This document shows, in pieces, positions 1 to 12,281 of a DNA stretch of 64,000 nucleotides. Below the pieces are notes generated by a model. The model was not told the DNA's origin, did no database searches, and saw nothing but the letters and a program-made list of their open reading frames with translations. The stretch is taken from assembly GCA_951406725.2 (NCBI GenBank), contig OX597815.1:24924001-24988000 (forward strand). Reading direction: 5' to 3'. A program made the position numbers and the translations under genes. Origin of the DNA: Octopus vulgaris (lineage: Eukaryota). Numbering within the stretch: position 1 is the first letter of the stretch; each line of letters opens with the position of its first letter.

Positions 1-128
1 GCTGACTCTTTCGCCACAACTTTCTCTCATTCTTTCCTCCTGCGTCCAGGTGGAGAACCTATATGCCAAGGAAACCGGGAAACCGGCCCTTATGAGCCAG
101 GCGTTGCTCGAGAAGGAACAAAAAAAAA
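1..128 (+). mobile_element. 3' part of a tRNA-derived SINE (family 3, same as 22861-23175)
   Basis: Colinear with 23014-23170 (actctttcgcc...actttctctca, cgtccag, gaaaccgggaaaccgg, atgagcc); ends in an A-run. Confidence 0.8.
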
Positions 129-1116
129 CTGTTCATTCTACAAAGGAACAGCAACAGAAATAATCAATTGGTTATATTCCTCTGGCTCCAAGTGATCTAT
201 TTCAAAGGTCAAATACTCGTTTGATAGTAAATGACAGCTTGAGAAAGTTAAATATTTTTCTTGTCCTGTCGATGCTTTTAAGATGGTAAGGAAAGCTGGA
301 AGAATAAGCCTACATAATCATTCACGGAACGAAGACACACCTACAACAGTGTCTGTAATATAAAATCGCTCAGTACATGTGTGCATATTATTTTGTGAAT
401 GTGTAAGGGCGCGCGTGTGGGTGCATGTGAGTGCGTGTGAGTGCGTGTGAGTGCGTGTGAGCGTGCTCGAGCGCATATGTATGTGTGTGCGTGAGCCTTC
501 ACAGCAGGTGGAAGCAATAAAGCAATAAACGTAACTAAGAAGTTGATATCATAATATAATTAACAACAATTTCTTGGCTTAAGTAATACAAGAGGAGGAT
601 TGTTCTTGTTATTGTTGTTTACCCCAAAGTCGTCCTTAATTAAATATGCCTATTACTAAAAGCGTTCCAGCCATGACCATCACGATTATTATTTTTTTAA
701 GCTCATTCAATGTGTTTTTCGTTAAAAACAGTACGTGTAATCTGAAGGATATATGGCTGTTGTCTCGCCTCATAGAGGCATTTCCGTTGATTGCTTATAC
801 GATTGGATGATGTTCATATCTTTAACAACGTTAGTAAAGTTGAAAGATTTCAGTATGGAATTAAAACTAGCAGAACGTGAATCTCTCTCTTGCTCAACAG
901 CACTTATAATGTTTATAAAATGGCTTCTTTCTTAGGTATCATGTTAATTGATAAATTAACTTAGACATTTAGCTAATTGCACATTTAAATTAAATGATAA
1001 TTGCTAAAAGGGAACTGAGTGCAGTTAATTAAATTGATTCTGCTGTAATAGCATTGTCATCATCATCTTCGTTGTTACTGTTTCATCGAAGATATGTGAT
1101 CAAAGGTGTTCATACC

Positions 1117-1332
1117 TATTTCTTTACTACTCACAAGGGGACAAACAAGGACAGACAAACGGATTAAGTCGATTATATCGACCCTAGTGCGTAACTGGTA
1201 CTTAATTTATCGACCCCGAAAAGATGAAAACCAAAGTCGACCTCGGCGGAATTTGAACTTAGAACGTAACGGCAGACGAAATACGGCTACGCATTTCGCC
1301 CGGCGTGCTAACGTTTCTGCCAGCTCGCCACC
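1117..1332 (-). mobile_element. Full-length tRNA-derived SINE, family 1 with tail A, with target-site duplication
   Basis: Element strand has A-box-like TGGCAGAAACGTTAG, B-box-like GTTCAAATTCC, core ttttcatcttttcggggtcgataaattaagtaccag and tail ...gtaaagaaata. Flanked by tcaaaggtgttcatacc (1100-1116) and tcagaggtgttcatacc (1335-1351). Confidence 0.92.
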
Positions 1333-1635
1333 TTTCAGAGGTGTTCATACCGTCCACATCTTCGATGAGTTTCTTTCAATCGCCCATTTTTTTTGAAGAC
1401 GGTAGAATGAGATTTAAGGGAAGTTTAGCATTTTTTTTTTGGGCGAGTACATTATTGTTACTTATAGGTTTAGCTATGAGGGATGAAAGACAAGCCCGAC
1501 CTCATGTAGGAGTTGAACGTAATGAATTACGACAGTAAGTAATATAATGTATTTTCTCTTGTGTTTTCCAGCATCAGCCATTTGCAACAATTCTATAACG
1601 CTAAGTAATAATTGTGTGAAACGTAATAGTTTCTG

Positions 1636-2051
1636 ATTTAGGCACAATTCCAGCAAATTTGAAGGGAGAGTGTTAATGGATACCATCGATCCCAGTGCTT
1701 GTCTGGCACTTATTTTAACGCTCCTTCAGAATTAAAAGGCAAACTTAGCCTCCTCGGGATTTGAACACAGAATGTAAAAACTCTGAATAAAAGTACTTAA
1801 AGGCATTTCCCCGATGCTCTAACAATTCTACCAGCTCACTGCCACATTAATATTAAGTAATAATAATTTACATCATAGACACAGCAAAAATTTTGCGGGG
1901 AGGTGCCTACATCGACTCCAGTATTTGACTGGTACTTAATTCATCGACTCCAAAAGCATAAAGGGTAAAGTCGATCTTTGCGAAATTTGAACTCAGAACG
2001 TAAAGACAGGAAATGATGATAAGTATTTTGTCGGGCGTGCGAACGCCGCCT
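1636..2051 (-). mobile_element. Two adjacent older family 1 SINE copies (about 1636-1843 and 1872-2051)
   Basis: Diverged matches to cccagt...actggtactt...aaaggcaaagtcgac...atttgaactcagaacgt...ctaac...gccagctc. Confidence 0.75.
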
Positions 2052-3125
2052 TGCTAATGTTAAGAAATAATGAAAGCTAATTGTTGAAAATAAGGTAATT
2101 AATCAACTATACAGCAGTATAATACAAGGCTAAAAGGAAATTAAATATCTCATACAGGATTTCAGCTCAAAACTGAGACAAATACTCAGTAAAACATTGA
2201 GTCCAGAATGGAAATTAAACTACAGTATCACTCCTACATTATTTTTATGTTTAATTAGTAACGATGATTAATCATTTGGACATATGTTCAGTTGTAACAG
2301 TTCACTGTAACGTCTGTACTACATAACTCAATATGCAACATGGATGCTAGTTGGCCTGGAGCCTGTACTAATTCTCCTGGTTTCACCCCATCACTTACTC
2401 TAACGGAATTTACTATGTTTCATTTGATTTATAAATAACGAAATAATCTCTTAATACGCTACTTCCCATTACACTATCCCATGGGTAGGTTCATTGGTTG
2501 ACGAAGAGTATCATTGGAAAATAAACCTAACCTAAACCTTACCCCCAGATAAAAAAGAAATCGAAACCAGTGGGTAACTCCTCGACATGTTACGCTACTA
2601 TTTGCTGGCGTACGATACAGAATCCGTTTCTTTTCGTATCCGTAAAAGGTGTCTATTCCAACAAGCATGAGATTTTCAGAATCCCACTAGAAGCTATTGA
2701 CTTCCAACTGAACTCCTAACAAGAATCAGTACAGGAAAAGGATCATATGACCCTGTCTAATTAAAGCATCTTTTTTTACAACATCCTACCGCACAGCAAG
2801 CCCTATCTTCAGACCTCTCCATTTCTTCTCGGTTAAGAACACTGCCCTTAATACCTGGAGGAAGTCCCTTACTTTCACTAATTGAGAAGTATTTACCCAC
2901 AACCACTATTCATGACAAAAGAGGCCACCAGGAAAACAAAGTATGTCTTCGCACAACGCACAATCTAAAAGTCCTGAGCTCTTTGCCAAGGAAGTTTCAT
3001 TTAACCTTTCAGAGTCATCTACTCTTCAATCAATATGGCTTTTCAAGTAGCATCCATATCGATAAAACCATTAAATCTGCTTCTTGTTCTACTTCCAGCT
3101 GAACATTGTTCATACATAACAATCT

Positions 3126-3616
3126 CTTCTTCTTCTTCTTCTTCTTCTTCTTCTTCTTCTTCTTCTTCTTCTTCTTCTTCTTCTTCTTCTTCTTCTTCTT
3201 CTTCTTCTTCTTCTTCTTCTTCTTCTTCTTCTTCTTCTTCTTCTTCTTCTTCTTCTTCTTCTTCTTCTTCTTCTTCTTCTTCTTCTTCTTCTTCTTCTTC
3301 TTCTTCTTCTTCTTCTTCTTCTTCTTCTTCTTCTTCATCTTCTTCTTCTTCTTCTTCTTCGTCTTCTTCTTCTTCGTCTTCTTCTTCTTCTTCTTCTTCT
3401 TCTTCTTCTTCTTCTTCTTCTTCATCTTCTTCTTCTTCTTCGTCTTCTTCTTCTTCGTCTTCTTCTTCTTCGTCTTCTTCTTCTTCGTCTTCTTCTTCGT
3501 CTTCTTCTTCTTCTTCTTCTTCGTCTTCTTCTCCTTCTCCTTCTTCTTCTTCTTCTTCTCCTTCTTCTTCTTCTCCTCCTCCTCCTTCTTCTTCTTCTTC
3601 TTCTTCTTCTTCTTCA
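3126..3616. repeat. (TTC)n/(GAA)n microsatellite, about 490 bp
   Basis: Direct reading; pure 5' half, variant units (GTC, ATC, CTC) in the 3' half. Confidence 0.98.
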
Positions 3617-4239
3617 CTTCACCTCACTCACTGCTATATTAGCAGTTACCAAAGGCGAAAACTTTCTCTGATGCTCCATTCCAAAATATTGAATAATCCT
3701 GGTAGTACTCTGTGACCGTCAAACAATGTGTTGCAGTGTTAGTTTATATATCCCCACCATCCCATTCACTCCTCCTTCGGCAGGAATATCTCTTCATCTA
3801 TAAAAATACACAAGTGTTTCATAGAAACAAAAATAATAATAACACTTCTTTTCCAACTACTAGTTTATCGCCCTCACTTCCAACATCTCAATGGAGCAAA
3901 AACTGTAATAAACAACCACTTCTTTTCAATTACCGCTAATATCGTTGCTGTAGAGTCAGATCTACCGGAGAGACGACGTCTAACATCCTTGTTCTTTCGC
4001 ACTTACAAACTTCGGTAAAAGTAATTCTGATTTCATTCACGATAAAACCTTCGACAACGCTAAACTAACCTGCATGCCTTTTGAATTCCATCCATTCCAC
4101 ATTTCTAAGATTGGAAATTTCTATCCATTACTGTGCATTGTAGTCTGCGCTGGCGATCCTCTTTGCAGAGTTCAGGTGTCTCCCACATTCTTCCACTGTA
4201 TTTTAACTATCACTTTTTCTGTCCCTTTAAGCCTTTCAT

Positions 4240-4651
4240 GGATCTTTTCGGTTTGAACGGCAGTTTTTCTAGCGGTGTCATATGAAATTGTCACCCATAA
4301 TTATGACCCTAATATCGATCTATTGCATTTCAATCTGTTTTAGGGTTAGGGGTGGGGGGAAGGGTATATTTTTTTCTTCAGAAATGTAAATAAACCCAAT
4401 CTGTTTCTTGAACGAGGGACATATTCATACGGCAAAGAATGTTTTCACCTCAATAAACGTCATTGATTGGTTGAAATTGCAGAATTTGAAGAAGAAAAAA
4501 ACAACAAATATCTTACAAACTATAGAATATTCTCAATAAAGTCAAGAGAAAAAGATGTTTTATAGACACATTCTACCAGTATACGAAGTTTAAAAGTGTT
4601 TAGTTACGTGGAAATTATTTTAAAAAACTGTCGTTCAAACCGAAAAAATCC
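4240..4651. mobile_element. Non-autonomous DNA transposon (MITE), Merlin-like termini
   Basis: 29-bp TIRs ggatcttttcggtttgaacggcagttttt / aaaaactgtcgttcaaaccgaaaaaatcc (2 mismatches); exact 8-bp TSD cctttcat at 4232-4239 and 4652-4659; GG...CC ends. Confidence 0.88.
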
Positions 4652-5202
4652 CCTTTCATTCCTCTTCCACATTCTGTACACATGCATTTTGGACACTTCA
4701 TACTAGACTTACGCAAACTTTACGAACAAAGATTTTGAAAATCCCCTTCTGTGCCTCTCCTCTGTGGTCTTCTACTTACGTAAGACCTCTTTATCACTAT
4801 AATTATTGTTGTGAGCATCGTAGTGTTAAGTTCACCCTCAATTTTGATTGTAGGATAAAAATAATTTCATTTTTCACATTATTTAATGCCTTTTATGAAG
4901 TCAAGAAAATCACAACTTCTCATTTCGCTAATTGCATATCTATGAAAGAAAACATATTTTTCAATGTTATTTTTATTTCAATTGCACTAAAAAAACGTTT
5001 AAAAGTGAAGGGTTATTGATAAACAGAATTTTCTTTTATCATAACCACATGTTAGTGACATAATTACCCTTATAAAATCTCTAACCATAATTTCATAACA
5101 GAATTTGAAATCTGAGAGGAAGACGAATTAAATTCTTTTTTTTTTTAACTTAATGGAAAATATAAGTAAAAATAAATAGAACTTTGTCCATTTAGCTAGA
5201 AA

Positions 5203-5204
<2 letters not shown>

Positions 5205-5300
<96 letters not shown>

Positions 5301-5306
5301 TGTATG

Positions 5307-5398
<92 letters not shown>

Positions 5399-5450
5399 TG
5401 TATGTATGTATGTATGTATGTATGTATGTATGTATGTATGTATGTATGTA
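5205..5450. repeat. Compound (TA)n/(TATG)n microsatellite
   Basis: Direct reading. Confidence 0.97.
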
Positions 5451-5850
5451 TTCATATATGTTTGTGTGTTTATATGAGTTTCTGCATGTTTATATATAAT
5501 TTTTTTACTTCACATGCTAACGGGATACATACAACATAGTTCTTTAAGTCTTGACTTAAATTGTTGTCATTCAAAAAAAGTATAATTGCCAGTTTCATTC
5601 GCAGCTGTGGAAGAATTTAGATCTGCAGGAAGCTGTAGAAATTAGAGGGCGTTGATGATGAAGAGGAGAGAAAAATTTTCAAATGTAGAATGCATTGGGT
5701 CAGTTAAACATTGTTTTTATAAACTTATAAAATTCTTTTGAAAGAGAAAAAATGAAATGAGTTAATTAGATGTGTGGAAACTAGAGAAAGCGACTTTGTT
5801 TTTATTTCATTTTAGAAGAAAACATTTCATATAATAAAAATACTTCTATT

Positions 5851-5883
5851 ACACACACACACACACACAGACACACACACACA

Positions 5884-5954
<71 letters not shown>

Positions 5955-5990
5955 ATATACACACACATGCACGCACGCACACACGCTCAC
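5851..5990. repeat. (CA)n microsatellite
   Basis: Direct reading. Confidence 0.97.
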
Positions 5991-6835
5991 AAGCACATAC
6001 AAGCGGACGGGTGCACGAACACACACAAACACACCCATACACATACACAAACAGTTACAAGCCAAGCAAAAAAAAAGTAAGAAAAATACATTTTACGTTG
6101 GCCTCACCCACAAAATTTTAAAAAGAAAACAAATTGTTGTTACATAAACAAAAAAATAAATTACTTCAAACTTTGCTTCAAAATTCTGATAATGTAAAAT
6201 TTTAAAAGATGAATAAATTCTTCAAATAAAGCTTCTTTATCTAAAGTCATGCACACCCAGCTTTTCTCTTACACTTCTATATATTTAAATTTTAGGTGAT
6301 GTTTAAATGTGCAGAAATAAATAATCGTGAGAATAATCCACTTAGGTTGTAAAGAAAGGATAAACAATTACAGAAATTATTTTTCGTATTACGTGTGCCA
6401 TAAGATGAGGAGCAAATTGAACGTGAGAAGAGAACTCCAAGTACACTTTTTGTAATTCAACGTAGTATGGGCATTTTATTATCAACATTAAAATTGACGA
6501 AATCTCTCGACAGATATAAACCGTGAGAAATGTCGATGTAACAGAACAGTTGCATTTTGGCTAACAATTTTTTTTTTTTAAAAAGAACAAAAAACATAAG
6601 CTAATGATGACTGCCACCGGTGATTTACTCGGGAAACCTCTAGTAATAAATGCCCATTTGCAACTCTTTTAGTTTTTATCGTGTTATTGCACGTAGAAAA
6701 TATACAGTCATATAGTCGGCCACATGCAGCAGCTAGTAGACAATTCTAAAGACAAGTTTGAAACCAAGTCAAATGAAGATATATGCATAATCTAAAAAAA
6801 CCTAGATTTTATATATGTACGTGTGCGTATCTCTA

Positions 6836-6925
<90 letters not shown>

Positions 6926-6927
<2 letters not shown>

Positions 6928-8136
6928 TATTTATACTGAGAATTTATGTTTGTCAACTCTGAGAAATGATGAGGGCCACACTAAACTCTTATACCATACC
7001 GAAGTGCGGAGGCTGTCAAAAGGAAACTGTGTCTTACGCTTTGTTGAACTGTTTCATATAATCAAATCACTGATGGCTGTAAGGTGCGATATCTTTTTTC
7101 TTTGCGATATATTCACAAAATTAAATGATTTGAATGAGTTATTGCAAGGAAACAGAAACATTCTCGTTGATTGTAAATCATTTATTACTACCTTCATTTC
7201 GAAATTGGTGCTGTATAAGACTAACATTTCAAAACGTCAATACCATCAATTTCAACAATTTGATTCTTTGAAAGATGAATTACTCGATGAAGATTTAACT
7301 ACATATCGCAACTATTTACAATCATTGCATGATAACATGGTGGAGCGATTTCAAGAAGTTACTGCGCTGAATATTCCTAATTGGTATAGCGATCCGTTTG
7401 AGGTCGATGCAGTCGATTGCGAGGATGATGTGCAGGAGAAATTGGTAAAATTACAAAATGACAATGACACCAGAATGCGATAACGCTGTAAGAGCAAAGG
7501 AAGTTTAGGTACCACCAGAATATATTGAATTCCTGCCCCAATCTGTAGTAACATCTGAAATTATTTTTGCTTAATTTGCTTGAATTTGGTTTTAACCATG
7601 ATGGAACTTTACTTTCCCATAAAAGAATTAGACTAGATGTGACACAACGAGGAGACTTGCGGCTAAAGTTGACAAGTTTGAAAACGAAAATATCTGCGCT
7701 ATCAACATCGCACCAGACACATGGTTCTCATTAAAAAGTTTTATTCTTTTCCTTTATAATACAATCATTAATTATTTTTGCTTCGGTAGTTCTGATCAAT
7801 GATTCATTTGGGGAAAATGAAAACCAGTGTAAAAGAAAGCGCAAGTTTCCAGAAGTTAATCTCTCAGCATAATATAGAGTTAACGTTAGAATTTTATTCA
7901 CACTACTGGCAAAACTAAGCCCATAATAAGGAATTTGTAAACAATCGCATATTTAGTCCAAACGGTACTAACAGGGCAACGAGTCTATGATATAGTGTGT
8001 GTGTGTCAAATGATACGAGGAGGGTTTTCCTAGGGGATTTTGTGTTGTTGTTTTTTACACAGGTAGGTGATGGAGCATTTTTGGGCCGATAGGTGGGCGA
8101 TATAGCAATTTGGCGCGAATAATTTGGGAAACACTG
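6926..8136 (+). mobile_element. 3' half of a hAT (Charlie/Buster-like) transposon with disrupted transposase (about 6930-7734) and right TIR
   Basis: LLYHTEVRRLSKGNCVLRFVELF matches the Buster/Charlie LL.HTEVRWLS.G motif. C-terminus KRNRLDVTQRGDLRLKLT...HQTHGSH* ends at 7734. tttgggaaacactg (ends 8136) is the reverse complement of a cagtgtttcccaaa TIR. Stops and frameshifts present. Confidence 0.88.
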
Positions 8137-8391
8137 CATAACATGATATTTATCTCTCACTGCATGGAGCACTTTTTTCTTTGCTCCTACCTTAACGGAA
8201 CAGTAAACTGTGTATGTATGTGTGTATGTATGTATGTATGTATGTATGTATGTATGTATGTATGTATGTATGTACGTATGTATGTACGTATGTATGTACG
8301 TATGGCTGGCTGACTGGTTAGATGGATGGATGGAAAACAGAACAACCAAGTTTCATATGTCACAGGGCAAAAGGGCTCAGTATTAATTAAC

Positions 8392-8590
8392 AAGGCGGCT
8401 AACTAGTAGAATCGTTAACACGCAAGACAAAATGCTTAGCGACATTTCGTCTGACTCCACGTTCTGAGTTCGAATTCCACTGACGTCGACTTTGTCTTTC
8501 ATCCTTTCGGGATCGATAAAATAAGTACCAGCTAAATAATCGATTAGCCCTTCCCACAAAATTTAAGATTTTGTGTTCGTAGTAGAAAGA
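8392..8590 (+). mobile_element. Family 1 SINE with tail B
   Basis: aaggcggc...agaatcgttaacacg...gagttcgaattcc...tttcatcctttcgggatcgataaaataagtaccag...aaaattt...gtagtagaaaga. Confidence 0.85.
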
Positions 8591-9121
8591 AAATTAAGAA
8601 TTATAAAGAAGAAATAAGCATGTTCATATACATAAAAAAAAATGATCAACAGACTTGCAAGTAATAGAATCCTTCAGCGTGTATAAATAGCTTCACACAC
8701 ACACATACACACACGTGCACACACACATACACACATACATTCATACGCACACACACACACACGCACACGTGCATTGTCAGTACTTTAGTTAATTGATACG
8801 CTACTAGCGGATGAACAGATGAATGAAATCAGTACATGTTACTTTATGGCATCTTCAATAACTATAAGTAATCTACTTTTTCTGTCTGTAGAACGGAACT
8901 GGTAAGACATTCTAAAGACACCGGAAGAAAACAAATGAAACTAGTGCAACTATGCTTCGGACTATTCTGTAGAGAAAGACTTACACAGCAAAGCAAAACG
9001 AGTGTTTTCTAAATGTTCGCATGTAAATTTATTTAGAATTTGTTCATATGCTTACATACATGAATATTTTACATTCATACACGCATACATACATACATAC
9101 ATACATACATACATACATACA

Positions 9122-9152
<31 letters not shown>

Positions 9153-9203
9153 GTTATATATGTATATGTTTTATGCACATACATACACATATGTGTACGT
9201 ATG

Positions 9204-10247
9204 TCTCTCTATATATAAAACTGAGAATGTATGTGTGTGTGTGTGTCTCTCTGTCTGTCTTTGTTTCCCTAAAACTTGAGAACTACACAACCAATTTCAT
9301 TCAAATTTTACACATGCCTTACTTAGGGTCCATGTAGTTTCATGAGCAAAAAAATATTCAACTTCTTGCCTAGAGCGAGCCCATAGCAATATCATATCTT
9401 CTCCACTATTTCAGTATTACGTGTTAAAAGTGAAACAAAAACATTTTTCTATTTTATGTCAGATGCTTTCACTTTAACAATAAAAATAATAATAATAATT
9501 GAATTATATGTAGTAAGTAATAATTAAAATCAAACTAAAGTATAATATAATCGTAACATAACAAAAGTAAAAATAGCAATTGGTATAAAATTGCATCAAT
9601 GACTTGAACTTGAATAAGTGGTTTCACATGAATGGGAATAAATTAAAAATAAAATTAGCGTGCAGAAATGGAATAGTCCAGATGGATAATAAAAAATTAA
9701 ATTAAAGAAAAGACTATTGTCTATAAAGTATACAATGTAGAGAAAAAAGATTTGAACACCTGGAGGAAAGCACCATCGAAAAGTGTTTGGTGCGACTGTG
9801 AAAGATATCTAATCAGAGGCGGTAAATTCGCCACAATAGAAGCAAGGTTCGAGTCAACGGAGCTTGCAAGGGAGTACTCGACTCGAACTTGCAAAGTGGA
9901 AATATTTTATTTTTACCTTTATATCTGGGACGTAGGACGTCCCGGATAAAAAATCAAAAATGCCTCCCCCCCCCCAGCAGTAGAGGTAGGCTGGATTGTA
10001 GCCACACTTCTATACAAGAGGGAGGACAAGATACAATTGATCGAAATTGCAAGAGACGGGCTTACAATTCCAGTCTGTTATATATTTTGAGTATTGTTAT
10101 CACTAGCGATATCAAGATATAACTTTATATTTTGTATTTTATGTGTAGATGTATATATATAGATGTACATGTAATATGTACACATATATATACACATATA
10201 TACATGCACTAGCACTATGACCCGGCAACGACGGGTCATAATGCTAG
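9204..10247 (+). mobile_element. Non-autonomous Helitron
   Basis: 5' tctctctatatataaaactga, similar to the 5' end of 25008-25402. 3' GC-rich hairpin tgacccg-gcaacga-cgggtca (10218-10238) followed by CTAG|T. No TSD. Confidence 0.78.
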
Positions 10248-10789
10248 TATTATATATCATTAATATTTGTATTAGTGTGAAGCTATTTTTTTAAAACCAA
10301 TTTAATATTAAGCTGAGGGATTTCTCAGTAAATTTTTTTTTTAGTACACATTTAATAACTTTTACAAGGAAAGCTTAGCAGTGACTTCGAAATTTCAGCC
10401 TGTTTGCCTTAATCTGACGATAATTAACTTTGGTTCTTTCTGGTTTTTTTTTGGTTTTTTTCTTTTTAAGTTTTGGGTGCTTTGCCTTTTTTGATGATGT
10501 GAATTATAATACAGGTCTGCGAAATGGAACTTTTGAAAATTTTTTTGATAACTGTATGTTACTGATATCTTTGCTGCTAATTTGAAATAACAAAAAAAAA
10601 AAAAATTTCCCCATTACCTAAGGTTTTCTCACAATTTAATGATAAAATATGCCATAATTTGTAGGTAAATCTACATATGGTAGGACAAAATTAAACCAAT
10701 AAAAATGAATTTGGTATTTTATTTAGCAAAATTAAATAGTATTTTTTGCAAGGCTTCCAACCATTTATTGGTTTAGCACCTCAAAATCC

Positions 10790-11110
10790 CCTCTTTTTCA
10801 CTGGGTAATTACGCCTGGGACTCTTTCGCTCGTGAGCGTTTGATGAACATTTACGATGCAACATCCAGCAGATATTTCATCTCTCCTTATATCTTCTTTC
10901 CATATTGATGAAACCTTTCTCCCTGCTCCCCACTCATATCTCTTAGATTTTCTGGAAAGAAATCCAAATTGGCATGTCGCAAATTAACTTTTATGCTCGT
11001 TTTACATCCTAAGGCCGCGAACTTTTCCAACATTTTCCCACTATGTGTTTGTAGTTTGGATCCTTATGATTAAGAAGTTCTTCATCACATCTTTAAAAAC
11101 CTTTTCAAAA
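10790..11110 (-). pseudogene. DNA transposase C-terminal remnant, probably CMC/Chapaev3-like
   Basis: Minus-strand translation across frameshifts: FKDVMKNFL.NHKDPNYKHIVGKMLEKFAALGCKTSIKVNLRHANLDFFPENLRDMSGEQGERFHQ...MERRY. Matches the widespread LGC.MSLK.HFLHSHLDFFPENLG.VSDEQGERFHQ motif; superfamily assignment is from recall. Confidence 0.72.
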
Positions 11111-11524
11111 TCACTACGAGGGTTTTCAAAATTTCCATCTTTGGTTAGTTTTCAAATGATGTGGAGGTCTGTAAGGAAAAGAGAAGGGTACATTTTTAAT
11201 CGCATATATTTGATTTACCATCTACGTATACACATCAAATATTTAAAGAAACATGTTCAAATGTAACATACACAAGAAAACAATGTATGTAGCATATATG
11301 CATTGAAAAAAGGCATGAGGATATAACTGAAAAGAAAAAAGATACGTTTTAAGCTAAGCAACATAACCTTGTAAATCACGTCTTTCTCTCGTCATTGCTT
11401 GCAACAGTGATGCAAGAACCTTTCTCTGTAGCTGAAGTGATCTAAACGTTGCTAGATGCATATTTTACAAATTTACACCTATTAGTTATCCTGTCATAGT
11501 CTATTTAAATGTGGCGACTAATAC

Positions 11525-11896
11525 TAACAATCCTTTCTGCTATAGGTACAAGGCCTGAAATTTACATTTACCCCAGTGTTTCACTGGTACTTAATCTATC
11601 GGCCCTGAAAGGATGAGAGGCAAAGTCGACCTCAGCGGAATTTGAACTCAGAACGTATCGGCAGACGAAATACCTATTTCTTTACTGCCCACAAGGGGCT
11701 AAAAACAGAGAGGACAAACAAGGACAGACAAACGGATTAAGTCGATTATATCCACCCCAGTGCGTAACTGGTACTTATTTAATCGACCCTGAAAGGATGA
11801 AAGGCAAAGTTGACCTCGGCAGAATTTGAACTCAGAACGTAGCGGCAGATAAAATACCGCTAAGTATTTCGCTCGGCGTGCTAAAGATTCTGCCAA
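11525..11896 (-). mobile_element. Dimeric family 1 SINE: head+core+tail A, then headless core+tail B
   Basis: Junction gaaatacc|tatttctttac at 11674/11675; second core ends in aaatttcaggccttgtacctatagcagaaaggatt on the element strand. Confidence 0.88.
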
Positions 11897-12065
11897 AAAC
11901 AGTCAAATTCGGGTATGTTGATAAAGTGCAATGATCAATTTTGTGAAGAACAATTTCTTAGAAAGTTTTGAAACCAGTTGGTAAAAATTGATCAGTTTCA
12001 CCCAATAAATATGAAACTCTTTTTTTCTTTTGGTCGCAGACGTATGTAATTAGATGACAGTGTGG

Positions 12066-12281
12066 TAAGGAGGATGACCACTAAGTGGACATCCATTATG
12101 CTAGAAATGAACCCCCTAATGTCTTACCATTAAGAAAGGAATGTTCTCACGAAAATTTAGCAAACGCCAGAACGTTCTGGCGTTTGCTAAATATTCTTGA
12201 GAACATTCCTTTCTTAGTGGTAAGACCATAGGGGGTCAACTTCTAGCATAATGGGTGTCCACTTAGTGGTCATCCTTCTTA
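12066..12281. repeat. 216-bp imperfect palindrome with no spacer, abutting (TA)n
   Basis: Centre ...tttagcaaacgccagaac|gttctggcgtttgctaaa... at 12173/12174; arms pair out to taaggaggatgaccactaagtggaca / tgtccacttagtggtcatccttctta. Confidence 0.95.

Noticed and set aside
1468-1540. Exon-like segment ttatag...gtaagt
   Set aside because: The interior is a decayed family 1 SINE core (ggatgaaag...cgacctc...ttgaac).
3030-3715. Poly-K, poly-S and poly-F ORFs (and similar ones at 39211-39889 and 43905-44343)
   Set aside because: Trinucleotide microsatellite artefacts.
2350-4230. Possible very old LINE on the minus strand (IRQG- and FITVFAP-like fragments)
   Set aside because: Too few and too degenerate motifs to call without a search.
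4339-4352. Telomere-like tttagggttaggg
   Set aside because: Only two units, internal to a MITE.
8880-8906. Possible 10-nt microexon (tgtag|AACGGAACTG|gtaaga)
   Set aside because: Expected by chance in 64 kb; no supporting gene context.
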